From Candidatus Portnoybacteria bacterium RBG_13_40_8 (lineage in GTDB: Bacteria > Patescibacteriota > Minisyncoccia > RBG-13-40-8-A), in NCBI GenBank assembly GCA_001819435.1, contig MHMT01000003.1:5797-69796 (forward strand): a stretch of DNA of 64,000 nt, given 5' to 3'. Under the pieces are notes generated by a model that made no database searches, was not told the DNA's origin, and was given only the letters and a program-made list of their open reading frames with translations. The stretch's first letter is position 1. Every line of letters starts with the position of its first letter. Shown piece after piece: positions 38,630 to 47,973 of the stretch. The position numbers and the translations under genes were made by a program.

Positions 38630-40000
38630 TTATCTTCCTCCTCCGCGGAGAACAATGTTAATTGTTTTTAAAATAATACCTAAATCTAAAACAAAAGAAC
38701 GATTTTTAACATAAAAAAGGTCATACTGAAGCTTCTCAAAATTGCCTTCTATTGATGATGTGTAGCCGTGTTTAATTTGGGCCCAACCGGAAAGACCCGG
38801 TTTTATCAAGTATCTTTCCTGATAGAATGGTATTTTGGATTTAAGTTCTTGATGGAATTCCGGTCTTTCTGCTCGGGGTCCGACAAAACTCATTTTCCCT
38901 TTAATTATATCCCAAAGCTGTGGCAGTTCGTCTAGCCTGGCTTTTCTTAGAAATTTTCCGAATTTGGTTATTCTGGGGTCGTTTTTCTGGGCCATTTTCG
39001 GTCCATCTTTTTCTGCATCTATAATCATTGAACGGAATTTAAAGAGATTAAAGGGTCTTCCGCCTTGACCCACTCTGGTTTGTTTGTAAAATATCGGTCC
39101 AGGTGATTCGAATTTTATAATCAGCGCAATTATAGTCCAGAAAGGAAGTGACAAAATCAAAAATAAAAAAGCAAAGAAAAAATCAAAAATCCTTTTACTA
39201 ATTTCATAGAGATTTTTTTCTCTTTGAGATATATTTTCCAGAAACCAGACCTGATTAATGGCGGTCAAGGGAATTCGTTGGGCGACTTTTTCATAAAATT
39301 CCGAAAGATTTACAAAATCAATTTTATAACGAATACACTCGAAAAGATTTTGGATTAAATCTGGAGAATGATATATCTCTGGAGCTACTACGACCACGGC
39401 AATTTTTTCTTGTTCCAATAACTCTTTTAAGTTTTTTATTCCCTCGGTTATTTTAATTTCTGGAAAATCGGTTTTATCTATTTCCTCATGGTTTTTAATA
39501 ATTAGTTTTAACCTATATCCAAGTTGCGGATTTTTGATTATTTCTTTTGCCAATTCTATTGCCTGAAGATTATAGCCGACAATGGCAGTATTCATCCTAA
39601 GTTTTATGGATCCGGCCAAGAAATTAAACAGATGTCTCCAAGTATAAAACAGAACAATGAATACCAGAACATTTAAAAATAAATTTGTTTTAGGCGTGAT
39701 TGCGCCAAAAGCAAAATTTGGAACAAGGTAGAAGAATATTACCGAAATCAGGCCGCTAATTATCAGAGCGCGAATAAGGGCAGAGGAGAATTCTACATTA
39801 TTTTTAGCAATATCTAATTCATAAAGATTATGAATATAGAATATAATTAACCAGATAATGTAGATTATCGAAAAGGGTAAAAGATGTTTTTCAAAAATAT
39901 TAAAATCAAATGCTCGATAACGAATTGTCAAAGCAATAACCAAAGAAGCATACAAAATAAGTATGTCTCCAATTAAAAGAATGAATTTTTTGATTTTCAT
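38630..40000 (-). CDS. Initiating polyprenyl-phosphate sugar transferase (WcaJ/WbaP family)
   Basis: KRIFD, PGPIFYKQTRVG, KFRSM, DPRITKFG, DELPQ, MSFVGPRAE, KPGLSGWAQ. Confidence 0.92.
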   Translation of the reverse strand: MKIKKFILLIGDILILYASLVIALTIRYRAFDFNIFEKHLLPFSIIYIIWLIIFYIHNLYELDIAKNNVEFSSALIRALIISGLISVIFFYLVPNFAFGAITPKTNLFLNVLVFIVLFYTWRHLFNFLAGSIKLRMNTAIVGYNLQAIELAKEIIKNPQLGYRLKLIIKNHEEIDKTDFPEIKITEGIKNLKELLEQEKIAVVVVAPEIYHSPDLIQNLFECIRYKIDFVNLSEFYEKVAQRIPLTAINQVWFLENISQREKNLYEISKRIFDFFFAFLFLILSLPFWTIIALIIKFESPGPIFYKQTRVGQGGRPFNLFKFRSMIIDAEKDGPKMAQKNDPRITKFGKFLRKARLDELPQLWDIIKGKMSFVGPRAERPEFHQELKSKIPFYQERYLIKPGLSGWAQIKHGYTSSIEGNFEKLQYDLFYVKNRSFVLDLGIILKTINIVLRGGGR

Positions 40001-40077
40001 TTTCTTAATTTTAATGATATTATATTTATACGTAATTGACAAGGATCTTAAAGTTAAAGTAATATTAATATATTAAT

Positions 40078-42309
40078 ATGAATCCATCTTTAACCTATGT
40101 AAAAATACTCCGCTGGGGGATTTTTATTTCCCTATTTTTGCCGTTGGTTATTTTTTCCCAATATATTTCACCATTCCATTTTGGCAAAATGGTTGTTTTT
40201 CGGGTCATTGTGGAATTTCTGGCGGTTTTTTATATTCTTTTGATTATAGTTGATAGAAATTATCGTCCTAAGTGGACTTTTCTTTTAATCGCTTTTTCGG
40301 TTTTTACGGCCCTCTATTTTTTAACTGGCGTTATCGGAGTTAATTTTTATAACAGTTGGTGGGGTTCTCTCGAAAGGATGGGTGGTATTTTCAGTTTTCT
40401 GCATTTCTGGGTTTATTTTATTATTTTGACTAGCGTAATTAAAAATATAGAAGATTGGAATAAAATTTTGAAAATATCGGTTGGAGTTGGTTTTTTGTCT
40501 ATCTTATTTGCTTATGGTCAGCGCTTAAGACTGGGAGACTTTTTTGTTGGTTGGCAGCACGGAGAAAGGGTAATTGGCACAATTGGTAATCCGGCCCTTT
40601 TTGCCGGTTATCTTCTCTTTATTCTTTATTTGGCTCTTTTATTTTTATTGAAAAAAGAAACCAAGATACAGGAAAAAGGATTTTTTACGGCAGTGATTAT
40701 TTTGGGCATCCCGGTTTTATTGATGACCGCAGTAAGAGGGGCAATACTTTCTTTTCTGGGCTCTATTTTTCTCTTGGCCATATTTTTTATTTTTACCTTG
40801 AAGAATCGGAAGATTAAAATTTCTCTATTAATTGCGGTAATTATTTTTATAATTTTGACCGTCTTTATTTTATTGAACAAAGATCAGGCCTGGGTGAGAG
40901 GCGTTAGTTGGTTAAGCAGAATAACAGACATCTCTAAAGATACTTCTACCATTCAGACCAGATTATGGTCTTGGACAAGTGCAATTAATGGATGGAAGGA
41001 AAAACCAATCTTTGGTTGGGGCCCAGAAAATTTTATGTTTCTGCATATGAAATATTTTGATGCTCGTCACTTTACTGGTCTGGGCTCGGAGACGATCTGG
41101 GATCGGGCTCATAATATATTTTTGGAAATGCTGTCTACCGAGGGCGTGGCGGGTCTTATAAGTTATTTATCTATTTTTGGTATTGCTTTTTATTTTTTGA
41201 TTAAAAAGCTAAAAACAGGAGCCATTGATGGGTTGACTTTTGGAGTTTTATCGGCAGCCCTGATTGCTTACATCGGTCAGAATCTTTTTATTTTTGATAC
41301 TTTTGCTAATTATTTCTTATTCTTTTTGGTGTTGGGATATATTAATTTTTTGCTTTTTAAAAAGGATCAGGCCGAGATTCCTGTTTCGGGGCCCGCTCAA
41401 AGTCCTTCTCTTTTTTTAATATCCATCCTTTTAATATTGGTAGCCTTTATTGTTTATCAAACAAACATAAAGCCGGCTCGAGCTAATTTTGCCTGTACCC
41501 GGGCGATTATCGCTGGTCAGGGTGGCAATGCCCAAAGGGCATACGACAAATACGTAGAGGCCCTTAATTATAATACCCCTCAAGGAGCCTATGAAATAAG
41601 ACATAAATTAGCCACTTTTGCCATTCAGGTTTCAGAATCCCAAAGACAAAAGAATGGGGATTTTAATCCAGAGCTACTTCGCTACGCAATAAAAGAAACG
41701 GAGAAAAATATAGATAAGTATCCACTTGATACAACTCCCTATCTTTATGTCGGGAGAATGCATATTCTTCTCATCAATAAGGACTCCGGGGCTGGCAATA
41801 GAGCAGAAGAATATATTAACAAAGCCATTGCTCTTAATGATAAGAATCCCAGAATCTGGTATGAATTGGGACAGGCTCAAATGTCTGAAAAGAAATACCA
41901 AGAATCGTACGAGAGCTTTAAAAAGGCGCTTGAACTCAATCCCAGTGTTTCCCTGTCTTGGTGGTTTTTGGGGGTAGTTGCCCTTCAGGTCGGACATTAC
42001 GATGAGGCGGTTTACGACGTTGAAAAGGCGATAGCAATGGGTTATTCGGATTACAAGAACAGCATCGCGGATTTAATGCGTTTGGTAAATATTTATGAAA
42101 AAGTCGGAAATATCCCGAAAGTTACAGAATATTATCTTTTGGCAATAGCCGAACAGCCGGGAAATCCTCAATTTTACGCCTCTTTAGCGGCTGCCTATGC
42201 CAAAACGGGGGATTATAATAAGGCAAAAGAAACGGCTTTAAAAGCGGTGGAAATAGATCCTAAATTTAAAGAAGAAGCAGAAAAATTTATTAATTCCTTG
42301 CCGAAATAA
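40078..42309 (+). CDS. O-antigen ligase / oligosaccharyltransferase family protein with C-terminal TPRs
   Basis: Multiple TM helices, GTIGNP, R..W, PIFGWGPENF, DRAHN..LE; TPR repeats. Confidence 0.85.
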   Translation: MNPSLTYVKILRWGIFISLFLPLVIFSQYISPFHFGKMVVFRVIVEFLAVFYILLIIVDRNYRPKWTFLLIAFSVFTALYFLTGVIGVNFYNSWWGSLERMGGIFSFLHFWVYFIILTSVIKNIEDWNKILKISVGVGFLSILFAYGQRLRLGDFFVGWQHGERVIGTIGNPALFAGYLLFILYLALLFLLKKETKIQEKGFFTAVIILGIPVLLMTAVRGAILSFLGSIFLLAIFFIFTLKNRKIKISLLIAVIIFIILTVFILLNKDQAWVRGVSWLSRITDISKDTSTIQTRLWSWTSAINGWKEKPIFGWGPENFMFLHMKYFDARHFTGLGSETIWDRAHNIFLEMLSTEGVAGLISYLSIFGIAFYFLIKKLKTGAIDGLTFGVLSAALIAYIGQNLFIFDTFANYFLFFLVLGYINFLLFKKDQAEIPVSGPAQSPSLFLISILLILVAFIVYQTNIKPARANFACTRAIIAGQGGNAQRAYDKYVEALNYNTPQGAYEIRHKLATFAIQVSESQRQKNGDFNPELLRYAIKETEKNIDKYPLDTTPYLYVGRMHILLINKDSGAGNRAEEYINKAIALNDKNPRIWYELGQAQMSEKKYQESYESFKKALELNPSVSLSWWFLGVVALQVGHYDEAVYDVEKAIAMGYSDYKNSIADLMRLVNIYEKVGNIPKVTEYYLLAIAEQPGNPQFYASLAAAYAKTGDYNKAKETALKAVEIDPKFKEEAEKFINSLPK

Positions 42310-42317
42310 TCGAATCC

Positions 42318-43328
42318 ATGAACGAGAAATTAAAAATAGGAATCATTGGCATAGGTATGGTGGGTGAATCGCTGAGAAGGTGGTTTGAAGAAATTTTAGG
42401 ATATAAGCGCGGAAAAGAACTATTTTGCTATGATACAGATCCCAAAAAGGGTTATTCCGATGATTTTAATAAAGCCGATATTGTATTCGTTGCTGTTCCC
42501 ACTCCATCTAACCCCGATGGAAGTTGCAATATTTCGATAGTTGAAAGCGCCATAGACTCAATAAAAAATGGGAAAATCATAGTTATAAAATCGACAATTC
42601 CTCCGGGTACGGCCGAAACAATACAGAAGAAACACAGAAAGAAAAGGATTATTTTTAATCCCGAGTTTCTTACCGAAGCTCAGGCTTGGATAGATTTTAT
42701 TAGTCCCGACAGGCAGATAGTTGCGCATACGGCAGAGAGCATAAGCGATGCATTGGAGGTTCTTTCCGTTTTGCCCAAGAAGCATTTTATCAGACCGTGG
42801 GCAAGTGATTATACCAAGAGGAGCGTAAACGCCTCGGAAGCCGAATTGAGCAAATATGCCAGTAATATTTTCGGTTACATTAAAGTAATCTTTGGAAATA
42901 TATTAGCCGATATTTGTCATGCCCTGAATTTAAAGTTTAAACAGGAGAAAATTCCGACAAAGACTGACTACGAGAACGTAAGAGAAATTATTTCAGCCGA
43001 TTTAAGAATTGGTCCGTCTTGGCTTAATATCGAGCACGGGAATTATTGTGGCGTGGGAGGTTATTGTTTTCCCAAAGATATGAATGCTTTTATTTTTTTT
43101 GCCGAAGATTTGATTGAATTTTTGAAAAAATCCCCCCCAAAATCGGGAGTAGATGTCGGACAGGTTAAGACCCTGGAAAAGGGGATAGGCGTTTTACGCG
43201 CAGTAAGAGTTTATAATGAAGAATTACTCAAATGGCAGGGATTAAACGCCGAAGATGTGACAAAACATGAAAAAGAGATAATAATCAATAAGAGAAAAAA
43301 AATCAGAACTCATTCCAAAAACCATTAA
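42318..43328 (+). CDS. UDP-glucose/GDP-mannose dehydrogenase family protein lacking the C-terminal domain
   Basis: GIGMVG, FVAVPTP, KSTIPPG, NPEFL, GGYCFPKD; only 336 aa. Confidence 0.82.
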   Translation: MNEKLKIGIIGIGMVGESLRRWFEEILGYKRGKELFCYDTDPKKGYSDDFNKADIVFVAVPTPSNPDGSCNISIVESAIDSIKNGKIIVIKSTIPPGTAETIQKKHRKKRIIFNPEFLTEAQAWIDFISPDRQIVAHTAESISDALEVLSVLPKKHFIRPWASDYTKRSVNASEAELSKYASNIFGYIKVIFGNILADICHALNLKFKQEKIPTKTDYENVREIISADLRIGPSWLNIEHGNYCGVGGYCFPKDMNAFIFFAEDLIEFLKKSPPKSGVDVGQVKTLEKGIGVLRAVRVYNEELLKWQGLNAEDVTKHEKEIIINKRKKIRTHSKNH

Positions 43329-43378
43329 AAGAAATAGAATTATTTGACAATAAATTTAAAAGGGTTTATTAGATAGTT

Positions 43379-44953
43379 ATGGATCAAAAAAGCAAAAAAG
43401 TATTAGTAACCGGCGGAGCCGGTTTTATTGGTTCTAATTTGGTTGATGCCCTTATCGAGAGAGGTTTTGATGTTGTTGTGATTGATAATCTTTCAACCGG
43501 CAATAAGGAGAATATAAAAAATTTTTTGAACTACGGGAAATTTAAGTTTATTAATGGCAGCCTTACTGATTTGAATGTTTGTCGTCAAGCGGTAAAAGGT
43601 ATTGATTATATTTTCCATTTAGCAGCCATTCCTTCGGTTTTTCGCTCGGTCGAAAATCCATTAGCCACCAATGAAGCCAATATATCGGGTACCTTAAATT
43701 TATTGATTGCTGCGCGAGACGAGGGAAGTATCAAAAAGTTTGTCTACTCTTCTTCGTCTTCGGTCTACGGCGATTCGCCGAAATTACCCAAACAAGAAGA
43801 CGATCCAGTAAACCCGATTTCGCCATACGCTCTTTCTAAGTATACGGGCGAAAGATACTGTCAGATTTTTAATAAAATTTTTGGTTTACCGACAATTTGT
43901 CTTCGCTATTTTAATGTTTTCGGGCCTCGTCAAAACCCCCTTTCTCAATACGGAGCAGCCATTCCGAAGTTTGTTTTTTCCATGATTCAGAATAAGTCCC
44001 CGATTATTTACGGAGACGGCGAGCAGACCAGGGATTTTACCTATGTTGATAATGTTGTCGAGGCCAATGTGCTGGCCGTCCAATCAAAACATTCCGGCGA
44101 GGTAATTAATGTTGCATGCAATCAAAGAATTTCACTTAATCAGATTATAGAATTGATTAATGGATTTTTGAAAACAAACATTAAAGCCCTTTATTATTCA
44201 CCACGGCCCGGCGATGTAAGACACTCCCTAGCAGATGTTTCTAAAGCCAAAGAGTTACTTTCATATCATCCCAAGGTTTATTTTGAAGAAGGCCTAAGAG
44301 AGACAATTAATTGGTTTAAGGGACTGAAAATTTACGAAATTACTGAGCGATTCGCATCCATTCGTCCGGCCGAAGAAAGAGATATTAATCAAATTTCCGG
44401 ATTATATCAAAAAGAAATAAAAACCGGATTTTTAAGTTCTTTTGGGCCGCCATTTTTAAACAAATTGTTTCAGGCAATCATCAGATTTGATGACACTTTT
44501 TGTATCGTGGCCGAGCTTGATAATCAATTAGCCGGATTCATTGTTGGAGTAGTTAATGCTAATAAATTTTATAGAGATTTTACTAGAAAATATTCTTTAA
44601 GAGCCGGATTGTCTATTTTGTTAAAATCCTTGAAAGCCAAAAATTTAAAGAAAATTTTAGAAACCATTTTTTATCTAAGAAAAGAAGGAGATTTACCGCC
44701 GGCAGAATTATTTGTAATTGTAGTTGGTGAAAGATTCCAAAGACAAAAACTAGGTACCGCCCTATTGGAAAATTTTATAGCCGAAATGAAGCGATTGGGG
44801 GTTAAGTCTTTTAGGAGTACGGTTAGTGAAAAATTTAAACCAACCATTGCATTTTACACAAAAATGGGATTTAAATTTCATCAACCTACAGAGGTTCACA
44901 AGGGCCAACCATCAAAAACCTTTACATATAACGTCTTGACAGATAAAGATTGA
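43379..44953 (+). CDS. UDP-GlcNAc 4-epimerase-like SDR fused to a C-terminal GNAT acetyltransferase
   Basis: TGGAGFIG, SSSSVYG, YALSK, RYFNVFGPRQ; then IRPAE..D, FQRQKLGTALL, AIAFY-like TIAFYTKMGF. Confidence 0.85.
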   Translation: MDQKSKKVLVTGGAGFIGSNLVDALIERGFDVVVIDNLSTGNKENIKNFLNYGKFKFINGSLTDLNVCRQAVKGIDYIFHLAAIPSVFRSVENPLATNEANISGTLNLLIAARDEGSIKKFVYSSSSSVYGDSPKLPKQEDDPVNPISPYALSKYTGERYCQIFNKIFGLPTICLRYFNVFGPRQNPLSQYGAAIPKFVFSMIQNKSPIIYGDGEQTRDFTYVDNVVEANVLAVQSKHSGEVINVACNQRISLNQIIELINGFLKTNIKALYYSPRPGDVRHSLADVSKAKELLSYHPKVYFEEGLRETINWFKGLKIYEITERFASIRPAEERDINQISGLYQKEIKTGFLSSFGPPFLNKLFQAIIRFDDTFCIVAELDNQLAGFIVGVVNANKFYRDFTRKYSLRAGLSILLKSLKAKNLKKILETIFYLRKEGDLPPAELFVIVVGERFQRQKLGTALLENFIAEMKRLGVKSFRSTVSEKFKPTIAFYTKMGFKFHQPTEVHKGQPSKTFTYNVLTDKD

Positions 44954-44992
44954 TATGATAGAATATAATTACTACTGAAATCTAAAAGGAGG
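44936..44992 (+). promoter_or_regulatory. Sigma70 promoter and strong Shine-Dalgarno
   Basis: TTGACA-N17-TAGAAT, then AAGGAGG 5 nt before ATG 44998. Confidence 0.7.
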
Positions 44993-44997
44993 AGAAA

Positions 44998-45777
44998 ATG
45001 TATCTTAAAAACATTGTGGCGATTACACCGGTTTGGAATGAGCCACTGGGATTAATTCAGAAATTTCTTAGTGGTATTAAAAGAGTCCGGAGCATTTTAG
45101 CCGAGAAAGAGATCGGTTTCCGACATTTTTTTCTTGATGATGGGGCGCTTCATTTGCCCGATGAGTGTTCGATTCTGGTTCGTCATAAAGAAAACCTGCG
45201 ACTCGCAAAGACTTTAGTGGATGGTTATGAGGCGGTACTGAATCTTAAATCGGTTCCCGATCTTGTTATTCGGTTGGATTGCCAGGAACATGATCCGGAG
45301 AAAATTCCTTTCGTTATTGATCACTTCTCGCATGCATCTCAGCTTCAAGCTCTTTTTCTTCCTGTATGGTACTGGGTCAAGGGCGAAGATAGGCCGTTGA
45401 TGAAAGATATTACCATGATGATTACAAAATTCATTTCCGGCATATCGCCAGTCAACAGACAGGCTGTGCTTGAAGTGTACAATCAGAAATTTCCCCTCGG
45501 ATACCAGGCGTTCAGGATCGCGGCACTTAGAAAGTTGATGAACCCACTAAAGAAAGGTCTCGTGCTTTTTCAGCAGAAATTTAACACTTCTGCTTCGTGG
45601 GGCTTGGATCTCTTGGTTATTCTTTTGGCGGCAAAAGAATATCCAGAGGGCGTTGATTTTATCTTTGGGGGCTGGTCAGAGCCATGGCAAGAGAATCGGT
45701 CTCCGGAAAAAATCGATGCTCAGCGCGTGAAAGCAGAGGCCATGGTAGAATTAGCAGAAGAATTAGATTATCAGTAA
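44998..45777 (+). CDS. Divergent GT2-like protein
   Basis: ITPVWNE, FLDDG, VRHKEN, RLDCQEH resemble GT2/DPM-synthase motifs. Confidence 0.55.
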   Translation: MYLKNIVAITPVWNEPLGLIQKFLSGIKRVRSILAEKEIGFRHFFLDDGALHLPDECSILVRHKENLRLAKTLVDGYEAVLNLKSVPDLVIRLDCQEHDPEKIPFVIDHFSHASQLQALFLPVWYWVKGEDRPLMKDITMMITKFISGISPVNRQAVLEVYNQKFPLGYQAFRIAALRKLMNPLKKGLVLFQQKFNTSASWGLDLLVILLAAKEYPEGVDFIFGGWSEPWQENRSPEKIDAQRVKAEAMVELAEELDYQ

Positions 45778-45784
45778 GAAGAAC

Positions 45785-45823
45785 TTGGGCAAGCTTCGTA
45801 TGGCTTGCCCAATTTTTATTTTT
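45785..45823 (+). terminator. Intrinsic terminator
   Basis: ttgggcaagc-N8-gcttgcccaa followed by a T-tract. Confidence 0.85.
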
Positions 45824-45861
45824 AAAATCTTACAAAAGACAAGATAAATAGGAGGCATCTC

Positions 45862-45981
45862 TTGACAACTAATTTTTGATTTGCTAATATAAAAGTACGT
45901 TGAGTGGGGAATGTCGTAAGACAAACCTCTTACTACGGGAAGAGAGACCTCTGGCTATATGTCGAGGCCTCTTTTCTATTT
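45862..45981 (+). ncRNA. Candidate small RNA unit 1 (promoter, hairpin, terminator-like hairpin, no ORF)
   Basis: TTGACA-N17-TAATAT; gggg-aa-tgtc-gtaa-gaca-aa-cctc hairpin; gaagagagacctc..gaggcctcttttc then tattt. Confidence 0.45.
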
Positions 45982-46119
45982 GACACTTTTATTTTATGAA
46001 TTTATACTAAGAAATGTATCGTGATTACGCTTCGCGATCCGAAAGGGAGTCAGAACAAGTACCCATTCAACACGTAGTATTGGGGTTTAACTTTCTGGCT
46101 CCCTTTCGTATCAATTTTT
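45980..46119 (+). ncRNA. Candidate small RNA unit 2
   Basis: TTGACA-N17-TATACT; atcgtga..tcgcgat hairpin; long stem cgaaagggagtcagaa..ttctggctccctttcg. Confidence 0.45.
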
Positions 46120-46146
46120 AGATGTCTGTGGTATAATTTATTTAGA

Positions 46147-47955
46147 ATGATTTCTTTATCTAAAAAAGGAAAAATTTTTTTGACCCTGCTGATTTCGGGC
46201 GGGCTTTTTATTTCTTTATGTTCCTTCGCCTCGGCCTTTGAAGCGGGGGATAAAGACACTTTTTATATCGATCCTTTCTATGATACAAGCGGGAGAAATC
46301 AGGTATCGGCTACCCTGAAGAATATTTCCGAAAAAGTATATTTTTACATAGAAGACGAATATTGGAGCGCACTTTCAAGTAATGACCAAAATTCTTATCT
46401 TGTTTTGATCGATAACATTGCCAAAGAATTTGATAACACGATTTATTCTTCGCTTCATTATATTTTTGGTTCCGAGTGGAGTCCGGGCATTGATAATGAT
46501 GAAAGAATAACCATCCTTTTAACCGATATTAAGGCTACGGCCGGAGGATATTTCAATTCAAAAGATGAATTTACAAAAAGCGAAGAATCTACCTCTAACG
46601 AACGAGAAATGCTTTATATAAACGCCACCCAGATTAATAATCCTTTAATGAAAAGTTTCATTGCCCACGAGTTTCAACACCTGATAACCTGGAACGAAAA
46701 AGAAAGAACGCAAGGATTGTTGGACGATGTTTGGTTAAATGAGGTGAGAAGCGAATATGCTCCAACAGCTGCCGGATATGACAGCGTTTTTTCCGGTACA
46801 AACCTGGAAAGAAGGATAGGCGATTTTTTGGCTAATCCCTTCGATTCTTTGACCGAATGGAAGGGGGATAGGTTTGATTATCCTCCGGTTAATATCTTCG
46901 GCCACTATTTAGCCGAACAATTTGGTGAAGATATTTTTTCTTTAATGCTTAAAAATAATAAAGTCGGGATTTATAGCGTAGAACAGGCCATAAAAGACAA
47001 AGGATTCAATTTTAATTTTTCTCAAATTTTCAATAATTGGACGATTGCCAACTATTTGAATAATTCTTCTTTAAGCGATGGCCGTTACGGCTATGAGAAC
47101 CCCTATCTTAAGGGCGCGATAAATGTTTCGCCCATAAATTATAGCATCGTTTCTACCAGCGTTATTAGTATTGCGCAAAACATAAAAGATTGGGCTCCTT
47201 ACTGGTATAGATTTATCAACAAACAAGATGCCGGAACGATTGCCGGAGATTTGGAAATAGAATTTGAAGGAGGCGTTGAAAGGGGAAATTTTAATGTTTT
47301 TTATATTATTGAATATTTTTCAAGGCCAACCCTAATTAACTCTCTTGTCCTATCTAATCAGAAAGGAGTTTTAAAAATTCCGGATTTCAAGAATGATATT
47401 GATTCGGTAACGATTATTGTTTCTAATCAGTTTAAAAAAAGCGGTTTTAACAGCAACGGAGAATCAAATAATTTTGTATTGTCTGTGGCCACCACTATTT
47501 TTGGAGAAGAGGTGCCGGAACCTCAGCCTCAACCAGAACCAAATCCCAATAAATTAGCCCGTCCAGAAGATTATGGTCTTAAAGAAGGAGATCTAATCAG
47601 GGCAGAAGGAGATTTTGACATTTTTATCATTAATCAGTACGGCTACAAGCGATTATTCCTTAATCCGACTATTTTCAATATGTATGGACATCTTACGGGC
47701 GGCTGGAAAGCGGTGAAAACCGTTAGCCCATCAACTCGAGACGCTTTTGTAACTTCCGGTCTTTACCGTTACGTAGATTCGCCCAAAGTCTATTTTCTGG
47801 AAGTCACCGGCGGAGATACGGGAATGCTTCACTGGGTTAATATAACCGCGAATAGCTTTCTGACCCAAGGCGGTAAATCCGAATCGATATTTACTGTCAA
47901 TAAATCCGAATTCAATTGGTATCCCAAGGGAGTAGATAAAAATTCACTGCAATGA
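46147..47955 (+). CDS. Secreted zinc metallopeptidase-like surface protein (M30/M6-like)
   Basis: Signal peptide, GGYF, REMLYIN, AHEFQHLI, WLNE; PEPQPQPEP linker and C-terminal domain. Confidence 0.75.
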   Translation: MISLSKKGKIFLTLLISGGLFISLCSFASAFEAGDKDTFYIDPFYDTSGRNQVSATLKNISEKVYFYIEDEYWSALSSNDQNSYLVLIDNIAKEFDNTIYSSLHYIFGSEWSPGIDNDERITILLTDIKATAGGYFNSKDEFTKSEESTSNEREMLYINATQINNPLMKSFIAHEFQHLITWNEKERTQGLLDDVWLNEVRSEYAPTAAGYDSVFSGTNLERRIGDFLANPFDSLTEWKGDRFDYPPVNIFGHYLAEQFGEDIFSLMLKNNKVGIYSVEQAIKDKGFNFNFSQIFNNWTIANYLNNSSLSDGRYGYENPYLKGAINVSPINYSIVSTSVISIAQNIKDWAPYWYRFINKQDAGTIAGDLEIEFEGGVERGNFNVFYIIEYFSRPTLINSLVLSNQKGVLKIPDFKNDIDSVTIIVSNQFKKSGFNSNGESNNFVLSVATTIFGEEVPEPQPQPEPNPNKLARPEDYGLKEGDLIRAEGDFDIFIINQYGYKRLFLNPTIFNMYGHLTGGWKAVKTVSPSTRDAFVTSGLYRYVDSPKVYFLEVTGGDTGMLHWVNITANSFLTQGGKSESIFTVNKSEFNWYPKGVDKNSLQ

Positions 47956-47973
47956 GATTTTATTAAAGAGATT

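Noticed and set aside
45895-46110. tRNA, SRP RNA, 6S RNA or known riboswitch
   Set aside because: No cloverleaf or TTC loop, no SRP domain IV motif and no recognisable aptamer; kept only as unknown sRNA candidates
46050-46259. 69-aa minus-strand ORF
   Set aside because: Overlaps the peptidase start and the structured non-coding unit; no coding features
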